NCBI GenBank assembly: GCA_965198225.1
Contig: CBDAOY010000008.1
Span: 1-64,000 of the forward strand
Origin: Terriglobia bacterium
Lineage (GTDB): Bacteria; Acidobacteriota; Terriglobia; 20CM-2-55-15
Direction of reading: 5' to 3'
DNA length: 64,000 bases
Below the pieces are notes generated by a model, which worked only from the letters and a program-made list of their open reading frames with translations, searched no databases and was not told where the DNA came from. Positions within the stretch are counted from its first letter, which is position 1; each line of letters opens with the position of its first letter. Shown piece after piece: positions 48,999-58,780 of the stretch. The position numbers were made by a program, and so were the translations under genes.

Positions 48999-49952
48999 AT
49001 GGCCCGGAGACCATTGTCACTGAAAGAAATGGAGCAGAGGTACCTGGCTCCGGGCGGTGTCCCGGTGTCTGCGCAGTTGCTCCGCCGCCTGCAACGAGAC
49101 CCGCGGGCGGGCGTTCAGAAGCTCCGTGAAAAGCTCCAGAAACGCCTGGACCGGGAGCGCAGGGAACGCGAAAGACTCGAGGCGATGCTTCATTTCGAAC
49201 GAGTGCTCTGGCGGGCAGGTGTCGAAAAGATCGCCGGTGTGGATGAGGTCGGTATCGGACCCATGGCGGGACCAGTCGTGGCCGCCGCTGTGGTCTTTCC
49301 TCCCGACACCAGGATCGATGCGGTCGATGATTCCAAGCGTCTGGACGCCGAAACACGGGAAGCCCTGGATCTCGAGATACGCGGAGCCGCCGCCGACATA
49401 GGCATCGGTGTCGTCTCCCCGGACGAGATCGATCGACTCAATATCTACCACGCGGGAATCCGCGCGATGCGCATCGCCGTCTTGAGTCTTGCAGCGCCTC
49501 CACAGCATATCCTGGTCGACGGCCGCGTCATTCCCGATCTGCCCCAACCGCAGAACAGCTTCAACAAGGGAGACGGTTTGAATTTCTCGATCGCGAGCGC
49601 TTCGATCGTGGCAAAGGTGTATCGCGACCGACTCATGCTGGAGTTGGACCATGTCTATCCCGGCTACGGTTTCGCCAGCCACAAGGGGTACTGTACCCCC
49701 GCACACCAGCAGGCGGTTCGGGAGCGTGGCCCGTGTCCGATCCACCGGCGATCGTTCGACTACATTCGCGAACTACAGGGGCAGTACGGTGAAGTTTTTT
49801 ACGCCCTGAAGACGAGAGCCCAGAAGGCGAGTTCCCCCGCCCAGCTTCAGGCGTGGGAAGAAGAGCTACGCAAGGTCCGTGATCAACTGTCGGACCACGA
49901 GAATCGCAAGCTCCGGATCCTCGCCGGTCGTCGCTGGAAGCGGATTCGTTGA
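48999..49952 (+). CDS. rnhB: Ribonuclease HII with N- and C-terminal extensions
   Basis: 'AGVDEVG.GP.AGPVVAAAV', 'DDSKRL', 'LVDG', 'KGD', 'ASIVAKVYRD', 'HKGY', 'IHRRSF'. Confidence 0.92.
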   Translation: MARRPLSLKEMEQRYLAPGGVPVSAQLLRRLQRDPRAGVQKLREKLQKRLDRERRERERLEAMLHFERVLWRAGVEKIAGVDEVGIGPMAGPVVAAAVVFPPDTRIDAVDDSKRLDAETREALDLEIRGAAADIGIGVVSPDEIDRLNIYHAGIRAMRIAVLSLAAPPQHILVDGRVIPDLPQPQNSFNKGDGLNFSIASASIVAKVYRDRLMLELDHVYPGYGFASHKGYCTPAHQQAVRERGPCPIHRRSFDYIRELQGQYGEVFYALKTRAQKASSPAQLQAWEEELRKVRDQLSDHENRKLRILAGRRWKRIR

Positions 49953-50125
49953 ACCCCGTCTCCCCACGTAAAAGCTAGTCAAATGGGCGTTCCAGGTCGG
50001 CGGAATCGCGTTCGTGGGTTGTGCCTGCCCGAATAGTTATTGTATATTGCGCGCAACTCTAGTTGCACAATCTGAGCGATGGGCTTTTGGCCCGCAAGCT
50101 ATTTCTCGCTAGCGAGTTGCGCGCG

Positions 50126-52171
50126 ATGAAAATGCATTCTCCAAGGTTCAAGGACCCCCTGATCAGTCAGGCCCGACCGATCACTCTGCTCAGCCCCGTA
50201 ATCGAGGAAACCCTAAGGCACTCCGGAGTCCGCCCGGACCGGGAGCTTGTGCTTGAGCATTTCATGAGTGGCGCCCCTCGGATCGCCGTCGTTCACGGGT
50301 CCGAAGATCACCCGCCGAGCATCGGCTCGAGGGAAACCGCACGAAGACTGATCCGCCAGCTCTGGTTCGACGGGGCGTTGCCGTTCGAGGTCTCCCAATC
50401 GATGCCATGTGAAGAGCTGTCGCGGGGGTTGCCGGGATCTCACTACGCGTTCCTGGCCCGGAATGTCTGTGCCGCCAACCTGGCCACGGTGATGGAGGCC
50501 CACGGATACGACGCAGCGATCGTTTTGGGGGTCTGCGACAAGATGCTGGTGGGGTCGCTCCGCGCCCTCATCGAAGCCGATCTGGCCCGCCAGCGGCGGA
50601 AGATCCGGCCGGTGTATGCCGCGTTCGTGCCGACGCCCGTCGGTCGAGAGGTCCATCTGGGCGGGGCGGAGCGGGGAAAGTTCGAGTCCTTCCGTGGGCG
50701 ACTGACCGAGGCCGAGGCGGCCGAACTGTTCTCCCTGCTGGTACTCCCGATCAAACCGCAGGTCTACGAGGCTGTGAAGGCGTGCCTGGATCACCTCTTT
50801 CAGAAGCGGACGATCCTGGAATCAGAGAAGGACGAGTTGGAGCGGCTCGTGGCTCGAGCGGCGGCGGCGTCCGGAGCGAACTGCGTGTCGTCTGACGCTT
50901 CCATTGTCAACCGCCTGATGATTGCGACCTTCGGCCTGGTCCCGCGCCACATGGATCTGTCCTTGAAGCCGCCCAGCGATGATCAGCTGGCGCACGTCGT
51001 TCAGCGGATCCTCCAGGGTATCCAGAAGCGGGAACGGCGGATCAGCGCGTCCCATCTGACCCGAACGAATCTGCAGAACGGCATCACGGTTTGGGGAGCG
51101 ACCGGCGGCCACCCGACGTGGTTGCTCCATCTCCATTACCTGGCTGAAGCGCTCGGCGTGCGCCTCAGCCCGACCGCGCTCAGCCGGAAAATGGCCAAGG
51201 TTCCGAAGCTCCTTTCCTTCGACGACAATGCCGGACTCTCGGCCCACGCCCTGGCTGCCGAAGCGGACTCGGGCGGGAACGACGGCATCGACACCGTCAT
51301 GCGGACGCTTTCAGAGAAGCGTTTCGTCGATGACCGGTCCGCAACGCTCGATGGTTCCTGGATGCAGCGCATCATGGATGCGCGTTCGGCGAACGGGAAT
51401 TTCTTTCACTCGACGATGACTCCGATATCGCCGTCATCAGGTCTGGCTCGGGTTCACGGAAACCTGTGTACGATGGGGTTGGCGCGGCTGGGTTCGCTCA
51501 ACGGGAATCTGGACCGCTATGACAGGAAGATCTACCTGTCGGACTACTATCTGGGCCAGGAAGAGCTACTCGCCGAGCTCACCAGCGAAGGCGGTGTTCT
51601 GGAGCGTCTGCGAAAAAAGGTTACGCGCGATGATCTCTACTGGACCTGGCGTATCAATTGGGCCGCGAGCGATTCAGGAGAACTCGCGCAATGGAGCAAG
51701 CGCCGGCTCTGGGAATACCTGCTCGCCGAAGACCTGCTGCGCGTCATCCTGTTCGTTGCCGGCGAAGGCCCCCGGGCGTCGGGAATGCCGGAGATCCGAG
51801 TCTCCGGCCCAGCTGCGGAATCGATCGGCGGAGGCGTCGTCCTGGCCACGGATGGCCGGGTTTCTTTCGGACATACCGGTATGTCGATCGCTCATATCGT
51901 TCCCGAAGCCATCCACGGCGGCGGACTGTCGGCCATACGCGCCGGTGACTGGATCTATCTGAACCTGCTCAAGGGCCAGTTCCAGATCGTTACCCGGCTG
52001 AAGAAAGCCGGCGGCTACCGCGTTCTGTCCGAGCGGGAACTCGCCAAACGCGTTGATTCCAAGAAGAGAATCCACGAGCTGGAGCGTCGCCGCGCCCAGT
52101 TCCTTCCCTCCGTTCGATCCGTCCTGGACACGGTCGGTTCCGCCGACGAAGGCGTCTCGCCGCTAGGGTAG
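50126..52171 (+). CDS. Divergent IlvD/Edd-family dehydratase-like protein
   Basis: 'GVCDKM', 'VHGNL', 'GEGPRASGMPEI', 'LATDGRVS', 'HIVPEA..GG.L..IR.GD.I'; start uncertain. Confidence 0.78.
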   Translation: MKMHSPRFKDPLISQARPITLLSPVIEETLRHSGVRPDRELVLEHFMSGAPRIAVVHGSEDHPPSIGSRETARRLIRQLWFDGALPFEVSQSMPCEELSRGLPGSHYAFLARNVCAANLATVMEAHGYDAAIVLGVCDKMLVGSLRALIEADLARQRRKIRPVYAAFVPTPVGREVHLGGAERGKFESFRGRLTEAEAAELFSLLVLPIKPQVYEAVKACLDHLFQKRTILESEKDELERLVARAAAASGANCVSSDASIVNRLMIATFGLVPRHMDLSLKPPSDDQLAHVVQRILQGIQKRERRISASHLTRTNLQNGITVWGATGGHPTWLLHLHYLAEALGVRLSPTALSRKMAKVPKLLSFDDNAGLSAHALAAEADSGGNDGIDTVMRTLSEKRFVDDRSATLDGSWMQRIMDARSANGNFFHSTMTPISPSSGLARVHGNLCTMGLARLGSLNGNLDRYDRKIYLSDYYLGQEELLAELTSEGGVLERLRKKVTRDDLYWTWRINWAASDSGELAQWSKRRLWEYLLAEDLLRVILFVAGEGPRASGMPEIRVSGPAAESIGGGVVLATDGRVSFGHTGMSIAHIVPEAIHGGGLSAIRAGDWIYLNLLKGQFQIVTRLKKAGGYRVLSERELAKRVDSKKRIHELERRRAQFLPSVRSVLDTVGSADEGVSPLG

Positions 52172-52192
52172 GGGCGCGCATCTTCCCGTCTC

Positions 52193-52263
52193 GTGTAGGT
52201 GCGGTCTATGACCGCACAGCGCAGCGATTGGCAAGAATGTGCGCTCATAGAGCGCACCTACAC
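52193..52263. repeat. GTAG-type REP doublet
   Basis: gtgtaggtgcggtctatgaccgcac ... gtgcgctcatagagcgcacctacac. Confidence 0.88.
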
Positions 52264-52604
52264 CCGCCCGGTAGTGCCGCCTCACTATGTTTTCGGAGTT
52301 CTTCCAAAACTGAACCGGTCTCTTCAACTCGTGCCGAAAACCCCTCGTCGCAGGACCATGTGGATTGGACATTGGACGAATCCGCATTGGAAGTTGGAGA
52401 TTGCAGATTGCTCGATTTCTTATTGGTCCGAAATCTGAAATGAAGCAATCTCCAATGACCAACCTACGATGTGGATTGTTCAGATATCGCGATTTGCAAT
52501 ATTGACCCGCTCTCCGACATTTCTGCGTGTCGGACACACGCGGTCTAGGACCTTTTGGCGTAAGCAAACACCCCGGGGACAGGGCAAGTCCCTGCCCCCC
52601 TCCC

Positions 52605-53915
52605 ATGTACGAAAAGGTCCTATTCAAGAACATCGACGATCCCGAGGCGGTCAAGATCGACCGGTATGAGGGGGCGAAAGAAAGAAAAAGAAGTCTGGAG
52701 AGTTGGGAGGGTACCAGGCGATCCGGAAGGTCCTGGCCGAGAGCACTCCCGATGAGGTCATCGAGGTAACGAAGGAGTCGGGGCTTCGCGGTCGGGGAGG
52801 GGCCGGCTTTCCGGCTGGGCTGAAGTGGAGCTTCGTGCCCAAGAACACGGGCAGGCCCACCTATCTGTGCTGCAACGCCGACGAGAGCGAGCCCGGAACC
52901 TGTAAGGATCGCGTCATCATCGAGCGCGACCCCCACCAGCTGCTCGAAGGCATCATGATCGCCGCCTACGCGGTCGAGTGCCACACGGCGTTTATCTACA
53001 TTCGGGGTGAGTTCTTGGAGGGCTTTCACGTTCTCGAGCGCGCCGTCGCCGAAGCTCGCGCGAAGGGTTTCCTGGGCGCCGGCGTCTTCGGGTCCAAGTT
53101 TGACCTCGAAATCGTCGTCCATTCCGGCGCCGGAGCTTACATCTGCGGCGAGGAGACCGGTCTGCTCGAGTCGCTGGAAGGCAAGCGGGGGCACCCGCGC
53201 CAGAAGCCGCCGTTTCCCGCCGTCGAGGGGCTGTACCGCTGTCCCACCGTCGTCAACAATGTCGAAACGCTGGCCAACCTGCCTCACCTGTTCAACCGAG
53301 GTGTCGACTGGTTCCAGAGCATCGGAAGACCTCCGAACAACACTGGGCCAAAACTCTACTGCGTCAGCGGTCACGTTCGGAAGCCGGCCGTCATCGAGCG
53401 GGAACTCGGTTTTCCCTTGAGAGAGTTGATTTTCGACCTGTGTGGCGGCATTCGTCACGGTAACGAACTGAAAGGCGTGATCCCGGGTGGGTCCTCGGTT
53501 CCGATCCTCAAGGCTGACGAGATCGACGTCCTGATGGACTTCGACTCACTGGCCGAGAGGGGCACTCTGCTCGGATCTGCGGGCGTCATCGTCGTCGACG
53601 AAACGACCTGCATGGTCCGGCTTGCCATGAGGACGGCGCGGTTCTACGCTGAGGAGTCCTGCGGGCAATGCAGCCAGTGCCGGGAGGGAACCTGGTGGAT
53701 GGAACAGGTACTCCACCGCATCGAACACGGTCAGGGCTCCATGGCGGATCTGAACACGATCGAAGACATGTGCGGTCACATGAAGGGGGCTACGATCTGC
53801 GTTCTCAGTGACGCCTGCGCGATGCCGGTCGAGGCGATGATCCAGAAATACCGCGACGAGTTCCAGTACCACATTACCGAAAAGCGGTGCCTCGTGGGCG
53901 CCCGCCCACGCCTGA
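52605..53915 (+). pseudogene. nuoF: NADH-quinone oxidoreductase subunit F, disrupted at both ends
   Basis: 'SGLRGRGGAGFPAGLKW', 'NADESEPGT', 'GAGAYICGEETGL', 'CGQCSQCREG..C'. N-terminus (ATG 52605) is out of frame across an A-rich stretch at ~52671-52700; no in-frame stop at the expected end. Confidence 0.8.
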
Positions 53916-53923
53916 CGTTTAAA

Positions 53924-54154
53924 CTACTGCTTGGGCGGTGGCAGCTTTCTGGCCTCCACCTTGGAGTCGAAGCCGGCTTCCTTGTGACTGCCGTCGCAGA
54001 ATGGCTTGTTGCCGGAATGTCCGCAGCGGCAGAGGCTGACTGCGGTACGTCCGGACAAGTCAAATTCCTGACTGTCCCCGTCCTTGATCGCGAAGTCGCC
54101 TCTCAGAAAAAGGGGGCCATTGGTTCTTACTATGATTTCGGTATCGTCAGCCAT
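53924..54154 (-). CDS. CDGSH iron-sulfur domain protein
   Basis: 'NGPL', 'LCRCGHSGNKPFCDGSH'. Confidence 0.93.
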   Translation of the reverse strand: MADDTEIIVRTNGPLFLRGDFAIKDGDSQEFDLSGRTAVSLCRCGHSGNKPFCDGSHKEAGFDSKVEARKLPPPKQ

Positions 54155-54481
54155 CATGTTCTCCTCGTCCCGAAAAAACTGGATTTCCTGCTAAACCGTT
54201 GAACAACAGTCTAATAGCGTACGTGTGCGGGGTTGATAGCGGCCGTCGGCGGCATTTTTCCTACTTGGGGAGGACCTGAACCGGCCGGTCGTTGACAATA
54301 CTCTCATGAATTGCTCGAAACGGATGGTATAATCCCGCGCTTTTGATAGGCGTCTACGGGAATTCGGGTTCCGGATCGACAGGATGTCGCCGGTTGGCGG
54401 TAAACGACTCGACCTTCCAGCCGTCTATATGTAGTGGGCACAGTGGAGGATGTGCAATTTCTCCCGGCCAGGGGATTGCAT

Positions 54482-54497
54482 TGGCTTCGAAATTGCA
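54482..54497 (+). promoter_or_regulatory. Putative sigma54 -24/-12 promoter
   Basis: TGGCttcgaaaTTGCA, GG-N10-GC spacing, ~70 nt upstream of the dksA-like ATG. Confidence 0.6.
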
Positions 54498-54565
54498 TAC
54501 ATTTGAGCGGGAACGCACCTCCAGTGCGATGGAGTTGTCGCCAGCCAGTCGGGAGGAGGAGAAAA

Positions 54566-54958
54566 ATGGATAAGCGAAAGTTGCAACGGCGGCAGACACT
54601 GACGGAGGAATATGACAATCTGGTCCGGTCACTGAACCGCAATCGTGCCGCGGAAGAGGAAATACGTCTGGAAAAGACCGAAGACGAAGGCGACCTCGCC
54701 TTGATCAGCCACAATAAGGAACTTCTCTACAATCTACACGAGACGGATTTTCGTCGGCTGAAGGCGATCGAAGACGCCTTGCAGCGCATGGACCGCGAAG
54801 AGTACGGAACCTGTTCGAGTTGCGAAGAGGAGATCAACGAGAAGAGGCTGGTTGCCGTGCCGTGGGCGACCCTGTGTCTCGTATGCCAGGAAGAGGCCGA
54901 GCGCGAACATGCGTCCGAGAGCGCAATGGCGGGCGTGACGCGCGGTCGGGATAAATAA
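54566..54958 (+). CDS. DksA/TraR family C4 zinc-finger regulator
   Basis: RBS GGAGG; 'DEGDLA' tip motif; 'YGTCSSC..I...RL.AVPW..LCLVC'. Confidence 0.9.
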   Translation: MDKRKLQRRQTLTEEYDNLVRSLNRNRAAEEEIRLEKTEDEGDLALISHNKELLYNLHETDFRRLKAIEDALQRMDREEYGTCSSCEEEINEKRLVAVPWATLCLVCQEEAEREHASESAMAGVTRGRDK

Positions 54959-54970
54959 GCCGTTCCGACC

Positions 54971-55693
54971 TCAACCCGCCACCAGTTTAGCGATAAGGAA
55001 CAGTCCCACCCCCGCGAACACCACGAATGCGAGCCCTACACCCGGCTCACGGTTCACCTCGGGCATCAGGTCCGATGCCGCGACGTAGAGCGTGGCCCCG
55101 GTGGAGATCGGCAGCGCGTAGGTCGGCGAGCTTCCGGTCAGGAACACAGCCAGCACCCCAGCGACCGTCGCCAACCCGAGCAGAACAGCGGCGCCAAAGG
55201 CCTGGCGGTTCGAGAACCCCGAGCTCAGCGCGATCGACGAGACTGTGAATCCGTCAGGAATCTTGTGGATCAGGACCGCGAGGAAGATGAGCAGCCCGGT
55301 TTCCGGCGAGACCTGGAACCCGGCGCCAATTGCCACCCCGTCGAAGAGAGTGTGAACGAGCAGTCCGATCAACGCAGAAACGCCGACCGCTGGGTTCACC
55401 ATTTCCTCATGGTGCGTTTCTTCTCCGAAGTGCAGGTGGGATGCGAAGGTATGCTCGAAAGTATGAACGAGAAGATATCCAACGAGAATCCAGACCGGAG
55501 CGGTCTCTAGGAGGTTGAGGCTTTCGGGCACCATTTCCAGGAAGACGGTACCCAGCATGAAGCCCGATCCCAGAGCGATGAAGTAACGGAGCGTCGTCCG
55601 CGCCCAGCGGTGTGAAGTAACGATCGCCCCGCCCACGACGTTGGCGCCCGCCGCGACGAGGGCCAGCCCGAATGATAGTAGGAAAGCAGACAT
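54971..55693 (-). CDS. ZIP family metal transporter
   Basis: 'HLHFGEETH', 'HTLFDGVAI', 'HKIPDG', 'LYVAASDLMPE'. Confidence 0.9.
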   Translation of the reverse strand: MSAFLLSFGLALVAAGANVVGGAIVTSHRWARTTLRYFIALGSGFMLGTVFLEMVPESLNLLETAPVWILVGYLLVHTFEHTFASHLHFGEETHHEEMVNPAVGVSALIGLLVHTLFDGVAIGAGFQVSPETGLLIFLAVLIHKIPDGFTVSSIALSSGFSNRQAFGAAVLLGLATVAGVLAVFLTGSSPTYALPISTGATLYVAASDLMPEVNREPGVGLAFVVFAGVGLFLIAKLVAG

Positions 55694-55699
55694 ATGAGG

Positions 55700-55732
55700 G
55701 ACCCAAAATCGTTCTACCGCGCAGACTCCTAG
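55700..55732 (-). repeat. Solo left end of MITE family B
   Basis: Reverse complement matches 43498-43530 at 32/33 nt. Confidence 0.78.
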
Positions 55733-55738
55733 GATCAA

Positions 55739-56800
55739 TCAGCCGCTATGCCGGACGGTTAAGATATCACCGTCGCAGACTTCGTATTCCTTTCCCTCCA
55801 CGCGCAGCAAGCCGTTCTCGCGCAGCTCGGCGAAACTGGGATGTTTCCGGAAGTCGTCAAAACGGGAGACTTCCGCGCGGATGAAGTGCTTCTCGAGGTC
55901 CGTGTGAATAGCCCCTGCGGCCTGCTGGGCCTTCGTGCCGCGCCGAATCGTCCAGGCCCGACACTCTTCCTCTCCTGCCGTCAGGAACGAGATCAGTCCC
56001 AGGAGGTGGTAGGTCGAACGGATCAGGCGCTCCATCCCGGGCTCGTGTAGCCCGTAATCAGCCAGGAACGCCGAGAGTTCCTCGGCGGGAAGCTCCGCCA
56101 TCTCCGCCTCCAGTTTTCCACAGACGAACACGCGCTCGGTGTTCGCAACCGATTCCTCGGGAGTGTCCGGAATCTGCTCGACCTGATCATCGCCGAGGTT
56201 GATGGCGTAGATCATGGGCTTTTCTGACAGGAAAGCGAACCCTCGCAGCTGTCTGCGGTCCGCGTCACTGATTTCCATTTCCCGTAACGGCCGTTCTGTT
56301 TCAAGCCACTCGTGAACGCCCCGCAGCAGATCGCGTTCCCGCGCCAGCGAATCGTCTTTGATCTTCTTCAGGTCCTTGTCCAGTCGTTCGAGGCGCTTTT
56401 CAACCGACGCCAGATCGGCCAGTATCAATTCGGCGTCGAAGTTTCGGACATCCCGCTCGGGGTCAACAGAACTCTCCGGGTGCGGAACCGCATCATCCTC
56501 GAAAGCCCGGACTACGTGGACCATCGCGTCGACGTCACGGACCGGATCCAGGGCCAGGCTCTGGCCCCGGCCCCGGATCAGACCCTGGACATCGACGAAC
56601 TCGATCGTAGCGTGGGTGGTTTTCCTGGGGTTGAAGACCGAGGCGAGGAATTCCACTCGATTGTCTGGAACTCGAACGATACCGATATTCGGTTCGGCTT
56701 TCCGCCCGCGATGAGTATCGGTCTCGACCCGGGCTCGGGTCAGCATTCTGAAGATCGTCGTCTTGCCGGTCAACGCCAGCCCGACAATGCCGGCTCTCAT
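55739..56800 (-). CDS. ychF: Redox-regulated ATPase YchF
   Basis: 'GIVGL..TGKTT', 'VPDNR', 'EFVDV.GL', 'AAGAIHTDL..FIRAE', 'EGKEY.V.DGD'. Confidence 0.92.
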   Translation of the reverse strand: MRAGIVGLALTGKTTIFRMLTRARVETDTHRGRKAEPNIGIVRVPDNRVEFLASVFNPRKTTHATIEFVDVQGLIRGRGQSLALDPVRDVDAMVHVVRAFEDDAVPHPESSVDPERDVRNFDAELILADLASVEKRLERLDKDLKKIKDDSLARERDLLRGVHEWLETERPLREMEISDADRRQLRGFAFLSEKPMIYAINLGDDQVEQIPDTPEESVANTERVFVCGKLEAEMAELPAEELSAFLADYGLHEPGMERLIRSTYHLLGLISFLTAGEEECRAWTIRRGTKAQQAAGAIHTDLEKHFIRAEVSRFDDFRKHPSFAELRENGLLRVEGKEYEVCDGDILTVRHSG

Positions 56801-56975
56801 CGCTGTGGGTCCGCTCTCTGTGCCGCGTGTCCGGCCAATTCGCTCCGCATCTGTATGTCGTCGATCCTCAAATCCGGGCCCGTTGCGCCCGGGTGCACGT
56901 CGACACTATCTATGCGCCCCCGCCAGGACCGTATTAAGTGAAACCCTAACATACATTTCCGCGCGTTTTTTTTGG

Positions 56976-57035
56976 TTGACACGCTTATGGCTTGTCAGTA
57001 GTCTGCGGGGGACAGAAGTAGTCCACAGTGGGAAA
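56976..57035 (+). promoter_or_regulatory. sigma70 promoter of the dcw cluster with degenerate MraZ-box-like repeats
   Basis: TTGACA-17-TAGTCT (56976-57004), followed by GCGGGG/GTAGTC/GTGGGA at roughly 10-11 nt spacing. Confidence 0.62.
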
Positions 57036-57061
57036 AATTGTACTAACAGGGATTATTTTTC

Positions 57062-57502
57062 ATGTTGCGCGGTAATTCACCAGCCAGAATCGATGAGAAA
57101 GGTAGACTCAAGATTCCAGCGGTGTTCCGCGCCGACATCGAGGATTCCTGGGGCAGCGACTTCTACATCACCAGCATGACCGGCGAATCCGCCTGGATTT
57201 ATCCCCTCAATGTCTGGCAAGAAATCGAAGAACGCCTCGCCAAGCTCCCTTCCTTGCACCCTACCAAGAAAAAGTTTCTGGACCGAACGAATTACTACGG
57301 CCAGTTAACTTCCATGGATAAGCAGGGTCGGGTTCTGATATCGCCTCTCCTTCGAGAGGCCGCGGGTGTGGTGGGCGAAGTCGCTGTCCTGGGATGTTTG
57401 AACTACCTCGACGTCTGGAACGACGAGACGTTCAAGAAGGGTATGGAAGACCAGCCTCTTACCGACGAGGACCTGCAGGTCTTGAGCGAGTTGGGGGTCT
57501 GA
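57062..57502 (+). CDS. mraZ: Division/cell wall cluster regulator MraZ
   Basis: 'IDEKGRLKIP' and 'MDKQGRVLI' repeats. Confidence 0.95.
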   Translation: MLRGNSPARIDEKGRLKIPAVFRADIEDSWGSDFYITSMTGESAWIYPLNVWQEIEERLAKLPSLHPTKKKFLDRTNYYGQLTSMDKQGRVLISPLLREAAGVVGEVAVLGCLNYLDVWNDETFKKGMEDQPLTDEDLQVLSELGV

Positions 57503-57509
57503 GTGCTTG

Positions 57510-58370
57510 ATGTACGACCACACACCTGTCCTGCTCGAAGAAGCGATGCATTTTCTGGATCCCCGGGAAGGGGGGGCATTCATCGATGCGACAGTCGGGG
57601 CCGGGGGGCACGCCGCCGCGATCCAGCAGCGAACCGCGCCTACCGGTCGATTGCTGGCCATGGATCAGGACTCCGAGGCTCTGGAACTGGCACGCCGGCG
57701 GCTGGAGCCCTACACGTCGAGGACAGTGTTCGTTCATGCGAACTTCGGTGACATTGCCGAGGTGGCGCGGCAGGAGGGTTTCCTGGGCGTGGATGGTGTG
57801 ATTGCAGATCTGGGGGTGTCCTCGATGATGCTCGACGATGCGAATCGGGGTTTTTCATTCCGTCTCGAAGGTCCGCTCGACATGCGAATGGATAGACGAC
57901 AGAAGCTGACGGCCGCCGATATCGTCAATTACTGCGACGAGCGCGAGCTGGCCGACATCATCTATAACCTCGGCGAAGAACGTCGCTCGCGGCCGCTGGC
58001 CCGATCGATCGTCCGGTTTCGCCCGCACGCGACGACCGGGGATCTTGTCCGGGCGATTGAGGCTGTGATGGGCAGGCCGCGATACGGCCGAATACACCCG
58101 GCAACCCGCACCTTCATGGCTTTACGCCTCGCCGTTAACAAAGAGCTCGAAAACCTCGAGACATTGATCACCGCTTGTACCGATATCGTGAGGACCGGCG
58201 GGAGACTCGTCGTCATCAGCTTTCATTCGCTCGAGGATCGAATCGTCAAACACCGGCTGCGCGAGCTGGGGCAGGTTCTGACTAAGAAGGTCGTCCGGGC
58301 CACAAACCGAGAACGCGACCTCAACCCGCGCGCCCGGAGCGCCAAGCTTCGCGCGATGGAGATTACTTGA
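57510..58370 (+). CDS. rsmH: 16S rRNA m4C1402 methyltransferase
   Basis: 'HTPVLLEE', 'DATVGAGGH', 'DLGVSSM', 'GPLDMRMD', 'SFHSLEDRIVK', 'NPRARSAKLR'. Confidence 0.96.
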   Translation: MYDHTPVLLEEAMHFLDPREGGAFIDATVGAGGHAAAIQQRTAPTGRLLAMDQDSEALELARRRLEPYTSRTVFVHANFGDIAEVARQEGFLGVDGVIADLGVSSMMLDDANRGFSFRLEGPLDMRMDRRQKLTAADIVNYCDERELADIIYNLGEERRSRPLARSIVRFRPHATTGDLVRAIEAVMGRPRYGRIHPATRTFMALRLAVNKELENLETLITACTDIVRTGGRLVVISFHSLEDRIVKHRLRELGQVLTKKVVRATNRERDLNPRARSAKLRAMEIT

Positions 58371-58768
58371 TGTCCACGATCGACATTCACTTCGAGAAGA
58401 AGATCGACAACTCCAGGATCATACGCCCGATCGACGCCCGGTGCCGGCTGGAGTACATCTGCCTGACACTACTGGGCGCGATATTCGTACTCGGTGTGCT
58501 TTTCTACGCCTGGCAGCAGTACCAGTGGATCCAGTACGGATACCGGATCGAGGAGGCGCAGAAGAAGGTCGAGCAGCTTCATGAAACTGGCCGCCAGCTT
58601 CGAATCGAGCGGGCCACGCTCAGCAACCCTCAGAGAATCGATGCCCTTGCCCGGGGAGAACTGGGGATGGTGGGGCCGGGCGCAGGACAGGTCGTGACGC
58701 TGGGCGTCGGATTCCGTTTGCCGTCCGAAAAGGACAGCGAAGTTCTCGTAGCCAACACGACCCGATAA
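58370..58768 (+). CDS. ftsL: Cell division protein FtsL
   Basis: Single TM, coiled coil, 'LSNPQRI..LA..LGM'; position between rsmH and ftsI. Confidence 0.85.
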   Translation: MSTIDIHFEKKIDNSRIIRPIDARCRLEYICLTLLGAIFVLGVLFYAWQQYQWIQYGYRIEEAQKKVEQLHETGRQLRIERATLSNPQRIDALARGELGMVGPGAGQVVTLGVGFRLPSEKDSEVLVANTTR

Positions 58769-58780
58769 ACCGCAAGGCCC

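Noticed and set aside
53915-54202. NuoF C-terminal extension as a novel domain
   Set aside because: It is the antisense reading of the CDGSH gene caused by a missing stop codon.
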